From the NCBI GenBank assembly GCA_038087875.1, contig CM075982.1, positions 13,082,001 through 13,146,000 on the forward strand: a DNA stretch of 64,000 bases, written 5' to 3'. This stretch comes from Malacoraja senta. Lineage: Eukaryota. Numbering within the stretch: position 1 is the first letter of the stretch; each line of letters starts with the position of its first letter. Below the pieces are notes generated by a model that worked only from the letters and a program-made list of their open reading frames with translations, had not been told where the DNA came from and did no database searches. Positions 38,326 through 50,019 of this stretch are shown in pieces. A program made the translations under genes and the position numbers.

Positions 38326-39694
38326 TCACAAATATGGGACACAGTTACAAGATAAGGGTCTGATCATTTAAATCTAAGTTGCATTTAAATATCTGTGTTC
38401 CGAGTGTGGTGGATCTCTGGAGTTCTCTGCCCCTCGTGGCTGATGGAGGCCAGATCACTAGATATTATTTAGTTGGAGATAGATAAATTGAGGAATTGAG
38501 GGATGAGGAATTGACACTGAAGAGGAGTTAAGGTCAGCATTGTTCCGTCATGATCATATTGAATGGTGGGGCCGACTTGAGGGACCCGGTGACTTACTCC
38601 TGGTGGCGTAGACTCGATGGGCCGAATGGCCTCGTTCATCTCCAATGATATGAACTCCTGCTCCTATTGCTTTCTGTTCTTGTGTTATCTTGAAAGAACA
38701 CTGACTCGTGGATTTCCAGCACTTCCACAGCTGCTGCTGTTTGCTTGGAAAAATGGAGAAAGTAGATCGGAAATTCTGAATTTTTTCATCTACATTAACC
38801 TCCTGTAGTGCAACAATTTATTCTTGTAACTGCTACAAACTTGCAGTGCACTGACTCAATCTAAAACAGCGGGAACTTGGAACACAGAGGCAACATAAGG
38901 GAAACTGGTTTCAAAGCTGCCAGTGAGAAACTGCCAAGGAATGGACAGTCAGAAATGGCCCTGTCTCACGGTGCGAGTCCACCCACGAGTGATCCCGAGT
39001 GAAAGAAAAAATCAAACTCATGGTTGTCTACGAGATTCCAAGTTTATGTTCACGAGTTTAAACGAGTTCCCACGTGTATGTCTACGTTTGCCATTTACTT
39101 GTCATTTCTGCGATGTACCAAGTTCCTCTCCCGAGTTACCAGGTTCCTCTCCCGAGTTACTCTTGAGCCAACAACGACTACCGACGTGTGGAAAAATCAT
39201 CACATGGATAAAAATGTCATGCAGTTTTTTAAAACTATAAAAAGCCTCCCTTGACCATGGACAGAACTGCCCCGATGATCAGTTTCTCCGTGTCTCTTAT
39301 GTAGCTGCATGCTTCTCTTGTCATGTAATTAACCGCTTTTATCAAATCCTTGCCTATCATTGCTACAATGCAATAAATGGCATTTAAAGTACTTGGCTGT
39401 CAAAGAAAGCGCAAAACGTAAAGGTGATTAAGAAACGTACTGCAGGGAGAACTTCAAAGATTTTGTAAATGGATAGAAGTTGAACTCATGATTGAAATCC
39501 CCTGAAAGTTAGGTTTCTTAACACAGGATAGATGTTCTGCAAGAACGGAGTTGCTGAATAAAATCGTCTCCCGATTTCTTCCGTTTCTTGCATGACCTCG
39601 GCTTGCCAGCTTTATTTCACACTCCGTGATCTGTGTAATGTATATAAGTGTCAAATAATAAACTGACCAAGAAGGTCCAGTGTTCTCCCCTGTT

Positions 39695-39991
39695 AGTTTA
39701 GTTTAGAGATACAGAGCGGAAACAGGCCCTTCGAACCACCGAGTCCGCGCCGACCAGCGATCCCCGCACACTAACACCATCCTACACCCACTATGGACAT
39801 TTTTACATTCACCAAGCCAATTAACCTACAAACCTGTACGTCTTTGGAGTGTGGGGGGATCTCGGAGAAAACCCACGCAGGTCACGGGGAGAACTTACAA
39901 ACTCAGTACAGACAGCACCCGTAGTCGGGATCGAACCTGGGTCTCCGACGCTGCATTCGCTATCAAGCAGCTGCACCACCGTGAATGAAGG
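39695..39991 (-). mobile_element. V-SINE
   Basis: Full reverse-complement SINE with (TTTAG)n tail on the plus strand; possible CCTGTT TSD at 39689-39694 and 39992-39997. Confidence 0.88.
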
Positions 39992-40011
39992 CCTGTTTTA
40001 AGTATCAAATA

Positions 40012-40599
40012 GAGGAGCAAGAGGGTGATCAAGGCGGAGAAAGTGCAGAGGCCAATGCCCAGGTAGTCCAACTCGCAGGAGTGCAGGTCCACCATGACGA
40101 CGCAGTGCCCGCGGTGGGCTTTGAGGGAGGTGCAGGTGACATTGGTGACCAGGTGAGAGATGTAGACCGTGGTCTGATTGATCCACCACACGAACCACCT
40201 GGCGTCGCAGGTGCAGAGAAAGTGGTTGCCGCTTAGCCGCAGCTCCCGAAGGTGTTTGATGGCGCTGTCCGGGAAACTGGAGGCCTGGATGGTCTTCAGG
40301 TTGTTGTAGCTGAGATCATGGTACTGCAGGGAGGTCACGTCCCGCAGGAAGTTCTTGGTCAGCTTGGAGATCTGGTTGCGGGTGAGGTTGAAGACTAGCA
40401 GCGTCTGGGTGCAGTTGGACAGCATACGAGTCACCGTGGTCAACAGGTTGCTACCGAGGTCCAGCAGCTCCAACCAGCCTAGCAGGTAAAGCCTGCCCCA
40501 GTTGAAGCTCCGCAGCTGGTTACCGCTCAGCACAAGCTCCTTGAGTAGCGGGGCCAGGTGGTCAAACACATCGTGCGGCATGAACGCGAGTTTCTTCCC
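40012..40599 (-). pseudogene. TLR7: Toll-like receptor 7 fragment (C-terminal LRRs, LRRCT, transmembrane helix); no N-terminus, no TIR domain
   Basis: 196 stop-free codons: LELLDLGSNLLTTV..LSNC, NQISKLTKNFLRD, SFPD, GNHFLCTCDARWFVWWINQT, VTC..AHRG, DLHSCELD and a hydrophobic TM. By recall, colinear with vertebrate TLR7 (LETLDLSHNQLTTV..LSNC, NRFLCTCDAVWFVWWVNHT, DLYTCELD). In-frame TAG immediately upstream; the ORF (39895-40581) runs out into a SINE. Confidence 0.85.
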
Positions 40600-40670
40600 C
40601 TAATAATCCGCTGCTATCTGTGTTCGAGAGTGAAAACTTGCAAAGGGCATGCACGGTTCCTCGCCAGCGA

Positions 40671-40896
40671 AGATGAACACAGAATGCTGGAGTAACTCAG
40701 CGGGACAGGCAGCATCTCTGGAGAGAAGGAATGGGTGACGTTTCGGGTCGAGACCCATTACTTCTCTCCTGAGATACGGCAACAGCACAGCACAAAACCA
40801 GTCTGAAGAAGGGTCTCGACCCGAAACGTCACCAATTCCTTTTCTCCAGAGATGCTGTCTGCCCCGCTGAGTTACTCCAGCATTTTGTGTCTATCT
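40671..40896. mobile_element. Palindromic Penelope-derived element
   Basis: Inverted arms at 40671-40756 and 40811-40896, around a 54-nt centre containing the start of a hammerhead core. Confidence 0.85.
40801..40833 (+). ncRNA. Minimal type I hammerhead ribozyme motif (Penelope-associated)
   Basis: GU-CUGAAGA-A-GGGUC(UC)GACCC-GAAACGUC-AC: conserved core, stem II hairpin and palindromic ACGU stem III; predicted cleavage after C40830. Activity untested. Confidence 0.65.
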
Positions 40897-42874
40897 CCCA
40901 TGGCTTATAATGTCACCACACATTGTAAAATCATTATCTGAAGAAATGTCTCCTCGCTGGCTCAAACACAATCTATGTAGAACTCACGTTTCTCTCTGCT
41001 TCATATATGTGGGAATTCCCTCAGTATGGTCACTTTTCACGCGTCCCGCATGGTGTTAACCCTTCCCATCAATGCTTGAGCCCCCATCTTCGCTCTGTAT
41101 TTTCAGCTTCATCGGCGGCTCTCTCCCATCGAAAGTATCCAAGTTAATTTCAGACTCCTATATCCATCCATCCATTCATTCATTTCCCATTAAGATCTGA
41201 CTAATCTTCAACATTTCACTTCTGGCACTCAGGCCAAACCCACGAGTTACTCACGAGCCACTACGGTAAACTCACGGGCTACTGCGGTATTACAACGAGT
41301 TTAAAAGTTTCAAATTTTTCCTTCAAGAGTAAATTTGACTCGTGGAAATCTTTCAAAATGATGAAACATTTTCACGAGTTAACAAGTTTCCTGAGTACCT
41401 GCCGTTAGCGTTACGAGTCGCTAAGTTAAGTCCACGAGTTCCGACGTTCCCGCTAGGTTAATTCTACGTGGTTACCATGAGTTTGATTTGTTTTTAACGG
41501 GCTCACTCGTGGGTGTACTCGCACCGTGAGATAGGGGTTTTAGGAACTTCACTGAAACACATCTCAGTGACTTAAAAAAAAAGGATAACAGCAACAAAAT
41601 CACACATTTCAAAATAACACTCAAAGCTATCAATTAAAGTATCCTTTGTGCATTAATAGATTCATTAAAGTTTCTATTTCAATGCCTCAGGCTAGCCTGG
41701 AATTCACAGCCTCCACTGATTATTTTTCTCAACAGCGATCAAAGTTACAAATAATGGATTATGAGCCGCTACATTTTAATTTGTTTCTCCGTATTGTATA
41801 TACCTAACAAATGCTCTCATGGCTTTGAGCGATTGGCTTTTTTCTCTCTGTTACTGTCCATCCATCCCCCTCCTTGCATCTGATGCTGACTGCAGCTGCA
41901 TACACCCATTGATATTGAGAGAGGTTTGAGACGGCAAAAGAGCTGAGAGCTGCTTAATGGCTTTATGAAGCAACCAAGAAATCTGCAATAACACTACGCC
42001 AGCAATTCTGACAGTATAAAGAATTAGTTATCGCCACTCTTGGATGCTTAATTACTTTTTTTATTGGTTGCTTTTATGCCCTCATGCCTGATAACACTGG
42101 AACTGGTAAACAGCCCACAAGCAGATGAAGCACCAAATTAACTGATCAAAAGCATCTGCTAATGTGGCCAGCTGATGGTGAGGAATTGTACAATCGAGAT
42201 TTGAATGCGGGTTGGTGCACGGTGGGGTTAGGGGTGGGGTGAGTCCGTCGTTTGTGCAGAAGGATGGATTACAGCAGGGGATGAATGTTAGTGCATCCAG
42301 AAACCAGTTGCAATGTTCCAACTCCTAGGTTTGACTCGACCGCCTATAGCTGTTGGATCGTATCTGCTCCGAAGAGCTAGATTAACACTGAGTAGTTGCC
42401 TGAAGTTTCCATCTTTAAATTAAGGATAAATTATTATTTTAGAAACAAAACAAATGTTATAAATACATCAGGTCAGATATAAATCATATTTCCTCTTGCC
42501 ATAGAATGTGGGCTTTCAACTCATGGAGTTTACATTAGCACTCAAAATGATCCCATCAATTCCATTTCCCCACTCACCTCATACAATATAGATCGTGGAA
42601 AAGTAAAGCATAGGAACGGGCCCTTCAGCCCACAATTCCCGTGCCAAACATGATGCCAGGTTAAGTGAATCTCTTCTCCTTGCACGTGATCCATATACCT
42701 CATTCCCCGTATATCCATATGCCTATCTAAAAGCCTCTGAAATGCCACTATCATATCTGACTCCACCACCACCCCTGGTAATGCATTCCAGGCACCCACC
42801 ACTCTCTGTAATAAAATTTGCCCAGCTCATTTCCTTTAAAAAATCCTCCATTCACCTTAAAGCTATGCCCTCTA

Positions 42875-43406
42875 TAGACAATAGACAATAGGTGCAGGAG
42901 TAGGCCATTCGGCCCTTCGAGCCAGCACCGCCATTCAATATGATCATGGCTGATCATCCCCAATCCTGATCATCCCCAGTACCCCGTTCCTGCCTTCTCC
43001 CCATATCCCATGACTCCGCTATCTTTAAGAGCCCTATCTAGCTCTCTCTTGAAATTATCCAGAGAACCGGCCTCCACCAGGCCTCCATCACTAAGGCAGA
43101 GAATTCCACAGACTCACAACTCTCTGTGAGAAAAAGTGTTTCCTCGTCTCCGTTCTAAAGGGGCTTACCCCTTATTCTTAAACTGTGGCCCCTGGTTCTG
43201 GACTCCCCCAACATCGGGAACATGTTTCCTGCCTCTAGCGTGTCCAAACCCTGAACAATCTTATATGTTTCAATAAATTCCCTCTCATCCTTCTAAACTC
43301 CAGAGTGTACAAGCCCAGCCGCTCCATTCTCTCAGCATATGACAGTCCCGCCATCCCAGGAATTAACCTTGTAAACCTACGCTGCACTCCCTCAATAGCA
43401 AGAATG
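42875..43406 (-). mobile_element. Young 5'-truncated CR1
   Basis: Closely similar to 18790-19300; (TAGACAA)n-type tail on the plus strand; CTCTA TSD at 42870-42874 and 43407-43411. Confidence 0.9.
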
Positions 43407-43579
43407 CTCTAGTCTTTGACATTTCACCCTGTGGGGAAAAGGTTCTGACTGTCAACCCTACCTAGGCCTCTTATAATTGTATATGCTTTTATAGGCCTCC
43501 CTTCAGCCTCCACACTCCAGAGAAAACAATCCAACCTCTCCCTATAGCTAATACCCCAAATCCAGTAGCATTCTGGTAA

Positions 43580-43711
43580 GTCTGAAGAAGGGTCTTGACC
43601 CGAAACATCACCAATTCCTTCTCTCCAGAGATGCTGCATGTCCCATTGAGTTAATCCAGCATTTGGTGTATACCTTCGATTTAAACCAGCATCTGCAGTT
43701 CTTTCCTAAGT
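43580..43711 (+). mobile_element. 132-bp hammerhead-headed Penelope-derived insertion
   Basis: Starts gtctgaagaagggtcttgacccgaaacatc; 10-bp TSD ATTCTGGTAA at 43570-43579 and 43712-43721. Confidence 0.88.
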
Positions 43712-44235
43712 ATTCTGGTAAACCTCTTCTGCACCCTCCGAAAAGCCTCCACATCCTTCCTGTAATGGGGTGGGCAGAAACACACACAATCATCCAAATG
43801 TGGTCAAATTAAAGTGGTATAAAGCTGCTGCATGGCTTCCTGACTCTTACACTCAATCCACTGGCCTATGAAGAGAAGCAGACCATACAACTTATTTCCC
43901 ACCCTGGAACCTATTCTCTCTGAGGTGCCCAATCCTTTATGCAGTGACTTTATTGCATGATACAATTGCTGGATACAATACAAAAGGGTTTCTGCATATG
44001 TACAGACAATGCAGAATATCCTGTGTTGGTGCCAGTGAGATGCAACAATACTTGCAGATTTGTACAGCACATGGATTTGGATACAGGATATTTCTGTGAC
44101 CTTTTTTCTGAGGTCTGATGGACTGTTTTCACATTTCTACTACATGGAATTATTGATTTAAACAATTTGCTGCAGGATACCTTGTACCTTGTACCTTGTG
44201 GTCATCACTTCCGTAGAGTCCACCATACTGGAAGT

Positions 44236-44448
44236 TGGACAATTTTTACATTTATCAAGCCAGTTAACCTACAAACCTGTACGTCTTTGGAGTGTGGGAG
44301 GAAACCGAAGATCTCGGAGAAAACCCACGCAGGTCACGGGGAGAACGTACAAACTCCGTACAGACAGCACCCGTAATCGGGATCGAACCCGGGTCTCCGG
44401 CGCTGCATTCGCTGTAAGGCAGCAACTCTACCGCGGCGCCACCGTGAC
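44236..44448 (-). mobile_element. Young V-SINE (5' two-thirds)
   Basis: Intact A/B boxes on the minus strand (ggtggcgccgcggtagag; gggttcgatccc); CpG-rich. Confidence 0.88.
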
Positions 44449-44499
44449 TTGTCACGCTTGATACCCTTGTCACGCTGGATGAATGCCAAGAAGGTTAGA

Positions 44500-45050
44500 G
44501 ATTGCACAACGAGAAATGTGGCAGTCATACAGTCGAATGTCATTTCATTCCTTCTCCTATGTACCTTCATCATCCCGGGGTGTCAGATTTCCACTTCCAA
44601 TTTTGTGACTTAGTTCAGGTAAGAATCCAGATCCTCCCACATATACCTTCCTTTCCCACCAGCCCTCTCTCATCCAGCTTCTTCCCCATTGACCCCATCT
44701 CTCCATCACCAGCACATTCTTCCATCAAATCCCCCCATTGTTCTCAACTACCTGCCTCCCCTCCCTTATTTGGTTCCATCATCTACCTTCCTTTCCCACC
44801 AGATTCTCTGCCGACCCTGGCTACCTTTACCAATCACGTCGCAAACTCTGATGCTATCTCCACCCCTGTGTCCCTGACCTGACTCCATCCACCAGAACCA
44901 TCTCCTGCTATTTCTTGTGTCACCCTCTCACCCCTCTATACTGGCGATCTCACCTCTACTCTTTCAGTCCAGATGCAGTATCTTGATCCAAATCCTCGAC
45001 TGTCCATTTATTTGCCTCCACAGATATTGCCCCGACATGTTGAGTTTGTT
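44500..45050 (+). mobile_element. Decayed Penelope-like 3' end
   Basis: Parallels 29050-29650: pyrimidine-rich UTR followed by tcagtccagatgcagtatcttgatcc. Confidence 0.5.
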
Positions 45051-46564
45051 CTGGTAGAGCCATAGAGAGATAAAACAAAGAAGATAATTGACGATCTAAA
45101 GTCTCTTTATGCGACGGCTCTGTAATCCACCAATATTAACTTGCGTTTCATGAACATTTTTACTGTACAACCCAAAGCACCTAAAATATGTAGTTATGCA
45201 GCGCAGAAACAGGCCCTTTGGCCCAGCTCATCCATGCTGACCAAGTTGCCTAATATGCCCGCTAGTCTCACATGCCCGCAAAGGAGTATTACTTGAAGGA
45301 GTTATATCATTTGAAGGAGTATAACCAAAATTAATAAGGAGGTTTTTTTTTTTTCATTTTATGTGTTCACGGTATATGGCTGTCAATGGCAGTATCCATC
45401 CCTGTTCACTGTCCACCCCAGATTATTACCAAGTTGAGGGAACAATTAATGGGTCTGAGGTCATGTACGTCAGACCCAGTAACAATGAGACATGTATTTC
45501 CCTGAGGCATGTAAGTGACAGATCCTGTGATGTTATACTCACTATTGCTAAGAATAGCTTTATTTTAATATTTTCAGATGTTTATAATTACTTTAACTTA
45601 AACCCCAGTCTCTCGATTAATGGACTGGAATTCTGTATGCAAGTTAATAGTTTCATTACTATGCCCTGGGTTTTATTGAATGTTTTAAATAAGGAGCAAA
45701 AGTGAAAGAACAGGAATAAATTTGGGAGTTCCAATGTTTTATATAGCCAAACTAAAGCACAAATGCAGTTGGCGGAGCAATTAAAATTTGGGATGAAGAG
45801 GAGAGCACAAATCAAGGAGTGTGTTGTTTTTCTGCTGTCGGCAGTCAATTGCTGTCGTCCTATCATTAAGTACTCCTTGTCACATTCTGTGGGCTTTTAG
45901 TGAGTCATGTTGGAAGGTGTTCAAATTTCTGTTCATTTCAATAACCATTGTTCATAATCTAATAAGCTTCTGAAATACCCTGAATCCCTACGAACTGAAT
46001 AACACTACTTACTGACAGTCATTATCTGTTTGAGGTTGCTCTGAATCCCTTTGACCAGACCTGAATGTGCAAATGAAAATTAATTATCATGCTTCATTAA
46101 TATGACAAAAAGATGTGCTTTGTTCAAATCAATTAGTACTTTTCTTAAATGTATTTACCTGTCAGTTTGATTGATTGTTTCATCAAATTAAGTTTCTGCA
46201 GTTAATTATGCTCTTCTATTTCAAATATGTTTTAGTCCTGGTGTTGTTTGGATAGCACGGTTTGGCCAGTTTGAGCTTTTTTCTCACCCTGAGGTGAACA
46301 CAATGAATGCCTTCTGCAGCAACAAAAAACAAGTGCTTACTGCCATGACAGAACAGAATACTGAATACTAGTAATATTTAAGGCCCTCAAGTCATACCTG
46401 ACCACTAATGAGTGGCTGAAAGAATCTTAACCTGTTGCAGATCTGGTAGCTTTTAAGCTCTTTCTGCAGTTGAAAAAAAAGAAGGTTGAATGAGCTAAGG
46501 GTTGGGGTGAGGTCATATGATGGTTTTTCCTTTTCCCTTTCCTTGAAAGAACATTCAAAACTTG

Positions 46565-46805
46565 AACCATCCAACCAAAAACTAGAGAACTACCTCATAG
46601 GAGACCCTCAGACTATATTTGATTGGACTTTATTGGACTTTATCTTGCACTAAACATTATTCATGTTATTCCCTTTATCATGTATCTGTACACAGTGGAT
46701 GACTCGATTGTAATCATGTATTGTCTTTCCGCTGACTGGTCAGCACGCGGCAAAAGCTTTTCACTGGACCTCAGTACACGTGACAATAAACTGAACTCAA
46801 ACTCA
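46565..46805 (+). mobile_element. Rex1-type LINE 3'UTR/tail
   Basis: cttttcactggacctcagtacacgtgacaataaa followed by a (CTGAA/CTCAAA)-type tail. Confidence 0.6.
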
Positions 46806-47540
46806 TCATCAATATCTAAATGAGAAATTGTCTGTGCCTTCCTTAAACTGAGGATATTTTGTTATGCCTCACAATCTTGAGTCCCTTTTTTCTTTCTTGT
46901 TGATATTGCTCATGCTTATCATTTCTATTTGTTAATAATACATGAAAGGATGTAACAGGGAGGAGTTTCACGAAGAGGCAGTTAAACGGGCATCGCCTCA
47001 TGGTTCTTGATGGCTGAAGTATCGTGAGGTTAATAACTGCACCTAATGTTGAACTCACCTGTTTTGTTGTGCTAGGTTTCGTATTTTTTCCCAAATGGGT
47101 GCCTGGTGCGGAATACGTGTTTCATTATATAAGGAGTCAACAGATGTTGAATTTTATCATAAAACTCGGTAGCTGTTTGATTATTTAAGTGAGCCGGTGG
47201 CCGCAGAGCACCCTCATTAAGAACGTTTATTCTCATGATGAATTATTCAAAGCTGTGTCAGACAACCGGGTGGGGGAGTAAATAGATTATCATGGGAAGG
47301 ACACAGTGATTCTAAGGTTTACAAGCAGACGTGTGGCCTTGAACAGTCATTCTAGTTTCTTCATTAATAATTCCTTCATGTGGAGATAAATCTATGCCTG
47401 CAGCCAATGAATATGTGTTTATTATTTTTTTGGAATGCCTCTTTGACCTTTGTATGTTCAAGGATAATGGGTGGTTTAAAACCGAAAGACATGGAAATTG
47501 AAAGACACCAAAGAAATCAGTTTTTGAGAGAAGGTGTGCA

Positions 47541-47541
<1 letters not shown>

Positions 47542-47571
<30 letters not shown>

Positions 47572-47970
47572 TACAGTATTGAAACAGGCCCTTTGGTCCA
47601 TCTCGTCCTTGCCAACCAAGATGCCACATCTAAACAAGTCCCTTTTGCCTGTGTTTGGCCTAAATCCCTCTAAACCTTTCCTATCCTTGTACCTGTCCAA
47701 GGTTCTTTTAAATATTGTTATTGTATCCGCCTCAACCACAGGAAGCTCATTCCTTTAACCCACTACCCAATCAGCAAAAAAAATGTCCATTGGATTCCTA
47801 TTAAAAAAACTCCCTCCCACCTTGTTTTTGATTCCCCAACCCTGGATAAAAGACTCTGCATTCCCATCATCTACATGTATTCCCCACATTATTTTATGCA
47901 CTGCTATATGATCTGCCCTCAGCCTCCTGTACTCCAAGGAATAAAGTCCCAGCCTGCCCAGCCTCTTCCT
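47542..47970 (-). mobile_element. Old CR1 3' fragment with (GA)n at the tail
   Basis: EYRRLRADHIAVHKIM remnant; gaaacaggccctt 3' end; (GA)n at 47542-47568. Confidence 0.75.
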
Positions 47971-48017
47971 CTTGCCTTTGAACTCAGTAGTTGCTCAGCT
48001 ATTTTGGAATTAATCTT

Positions 48018-48289
48018 AGATAGACACAAAAAGCTGTAGTAACTCAGCGAGTTAGACAGCATCTCTGGAGAAAAGGAATAGGTGACATTTCGGGTTGAGA
48101 CCCTTCTTTAGACTGAAGAATAGGTGACATTTTGGGTCGAGACCCTTCTTCAGACTGAAGAAGGGTTTCGACCCGAAACATCACCTATTCCTTTTCTCCA
48201 GAGATGCTGCCTGACCCGCTGAGTTACTCCAGCTTTTTGTGTTTACCTTTGGTTTAAACCAGATTCTGCAGTTTCTTCCTACACATTCA
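48018..48289. mobile_element. Palindromic Penelope-derived element with a tandem-duplicated hammerhead unit
   Basis: Inverted arms centred on 48154; 42-bp tandem duplication at 48076-48117 and 48118-48159; imperfect TSD GAATTAA(T/C)CTT at 48007-48017 and 48290-48300. Confidence 0.85.
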
Positions 48290-48701
48290 GAATTAACCTT
48301 GTTGGTGGGTCTGGGGCCAGGTCATGATGGTGATTTCACAGCCTGAAGGGCATTAGGAAATCAGATATATTTCTAATGACAACCTAGCAGCTTGGTGTCA
48401 TTATTACATATAGCAACTTTTAAAAGAATCGTGACTATTCACTGAACTTAAATTCCACAGCAGCCGACACTAGATGTGAATTTGGGTTTAATCAATTATG
48501 AGTCTTGGCCTCTGTTAACTTAACCATGGCATCACCACTGGAAGTGTGTTGAGTGAGCCTCAATGCTTCCCTGCAACATGTATTTACCCAAGTAAATAAT
48601 ATTAACAGATAAAAGTAAAAAGTTTTCACAAAGAACCCTCACCCAGAACTCTATGTCCACCTGTTTATCTATTTGCAACTACCCAGTAGGCTCAGGACAG
48701 T

Positions 48702-48815
48702 AAACCCGCGCGGTCACGGGGAGAAGGTACAAACTCCGTAAAGACAGCACCTGTAGTCAGGATCGAACCCGCGTCTCTGTCGCTGTAAGGCAGCAAATCT
48801 ACCGTTGCCTACGGC
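48702..48815 (-). mobile_element. V-SINE 5' portion
   Basis: ggtcacggggagaaggtacaaactccg ... ggatcgaaccc ... gtaaggcagc. Confidence 0.75.
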
Positions 48816-49751
48816 GTCGTCCTATTCTGTGGAGGAATCCGCTCTGGAAGTGCTACATTCTCAGAAGATGTTTCCATCACTCGCTCCTTGTGGCTGAACC
48901 CTGCCAACGGTCACGTGACCGGCATAAACACTGCGGGAAATGTTCATGCTTCCATTCCCCCTAGTGTGCTTTCCCACAGATGGCGGCTCTTCCTCAACAC
49001 GTGGCTATGCAGGACACAGAGAACTCCAGGCCTTGAATAGACTATGCTGCCCCTCCACTCCTGCATATCTTTTTCTTCCCCTCAAGAAAGACCCCAAGCA
49101 CCTCTTTTTCAGTTGAGTTGATGATTTTTTGTCTTTAATTGTTCAGAATGTAATTACATTTTATAATCCCGTTTGTCTTAGTTTTAAATTGCCCTTCTCT
49201 GCGACATCTTTGGCAGATCCGCTACAGATCAGGTGTGACACTTCAAGATATCAAAACTATATTTATGCACTGATTTCATGTGAGGTTAATTACAGTGACT
49301 GAAAGCAGCTTGAAGATTAATTCAAAGTGGGAAATGTACAAGCACCTGAGTGTCAGCAAACATCTGTAACGACTGGCAATTAAACATACTGATTTCAGAT
49401 TGTCCTGATATTCCGCAATTGTGCTGTGCCATCAGTGGAACAGGCCAGTGTACAAATCAATCCATCGATAGATGTAGGCTGGATTTCCCATTAGAAAACT
49501 ACTAGCTTTTGGTTCCAAAATGCAAAAGAAAAGACACCCCTCTTAAACATTACACTTTAAAGGGTCTCCCTCTAAAGCGCACTCTGTTACGTTAAATAAA
49601 GTTGGGTCTGAGGATGTTGGATCAAGGCTGAGAAGGTGAAACGTCACACTGCGGTGTGATTCAGCAACATTCTTAAGGCTTGGAGGTGAAAACCACCACT
49701 TTGAGGGCAGACATTCTATGCAGTTAGGTCAATCTTGTTTCCATTATCCCT

Positions 49752-49785
49752 GGTCTGAAGAAGGGTCTCGACCCGAAACGTCACC
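49752..49785 (+). ncRNA. Minimal type I hammerhead ribozyme motif
   Basis: GGU-CUGAAGA-A-GGGUC(UC)GACCC-GAAACGUC-ACC; stem I GGU/ACC; predicted cleavage after C49782. Confidence 0.65.
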
Positions 49786-49847
49786 CATTCCTTCTCTCCA
49801 GAGATGCTGCCTGTCCCGCTGAGTTACTCCAGCTTTTTATGTCTATT
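49755..49847 (+). mobile_element. Short hammerhead-headed Penelope-derived insertion
   Basis: Starts at CTGAAGA; possible CCTGGT TSD at 49749-49754 and 49848-49853. Confidence 0.75.
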
Positions 49848-50019
49848 CCTGGTATGGATGCTGCGAATGACTACCAGCAGATATGGCATCCTGAATGCAA
49901 GCAATACATGTCCTTCTTCTCTTTCAGCTATCTTCGACAGCCTCTCCTCTGATCTTATCTTGATGTTTGGACCTTGGGTTAATTGGAAATGACCCTCAAA
50001 TTTGTCTGCAAATATTTAT

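Larger units (their letters stand above)
38956..41539. mobile_element. Candidate non-autonomous Harbinger-type DNA transposon (about 2.6 kb) with inverted termini enclosing a TLR7 fragment
   Basis: Left end tggccctgtctcacggtgcgagtccacccacgagtga...aatcaaactcatgg matches the reverse complement of the right end (aacccctatctcacggtgcgagtacacccacgagtga...aatcaaactcatgg) over about 65 bp; the right subterminal region resembles the TAA-flanked MITE at 54925. TSD not conserved (AAA vs TTA). Confidence 0.6.
42600..43885 (-). mobile_element. Older CR1 3' fragment hosting a young CR1 and a hammerhead-bearing unit
   Basis: CR1 remnants at 42600-42874 and 43407-43885 are colinear once both inserts are removed. 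Confidence 0.8.

Noticed and set aside
39480-39580. Possible Harbinger transposase remnant (ELMIE...ELLNKIV) inside the candidate TIR element
   Set aside because: Too short and interrupted to support by eye; needs TBLASTN or an HMM search (DDE_Tnp_4).
39895-40581. Intact TLR7 gene
   Set aside because: Upstream in-frame stop, no signal peptide or N-terminal LRRs, no TIR domain anywhere in the window, and the C-terminus reads into a SINE.
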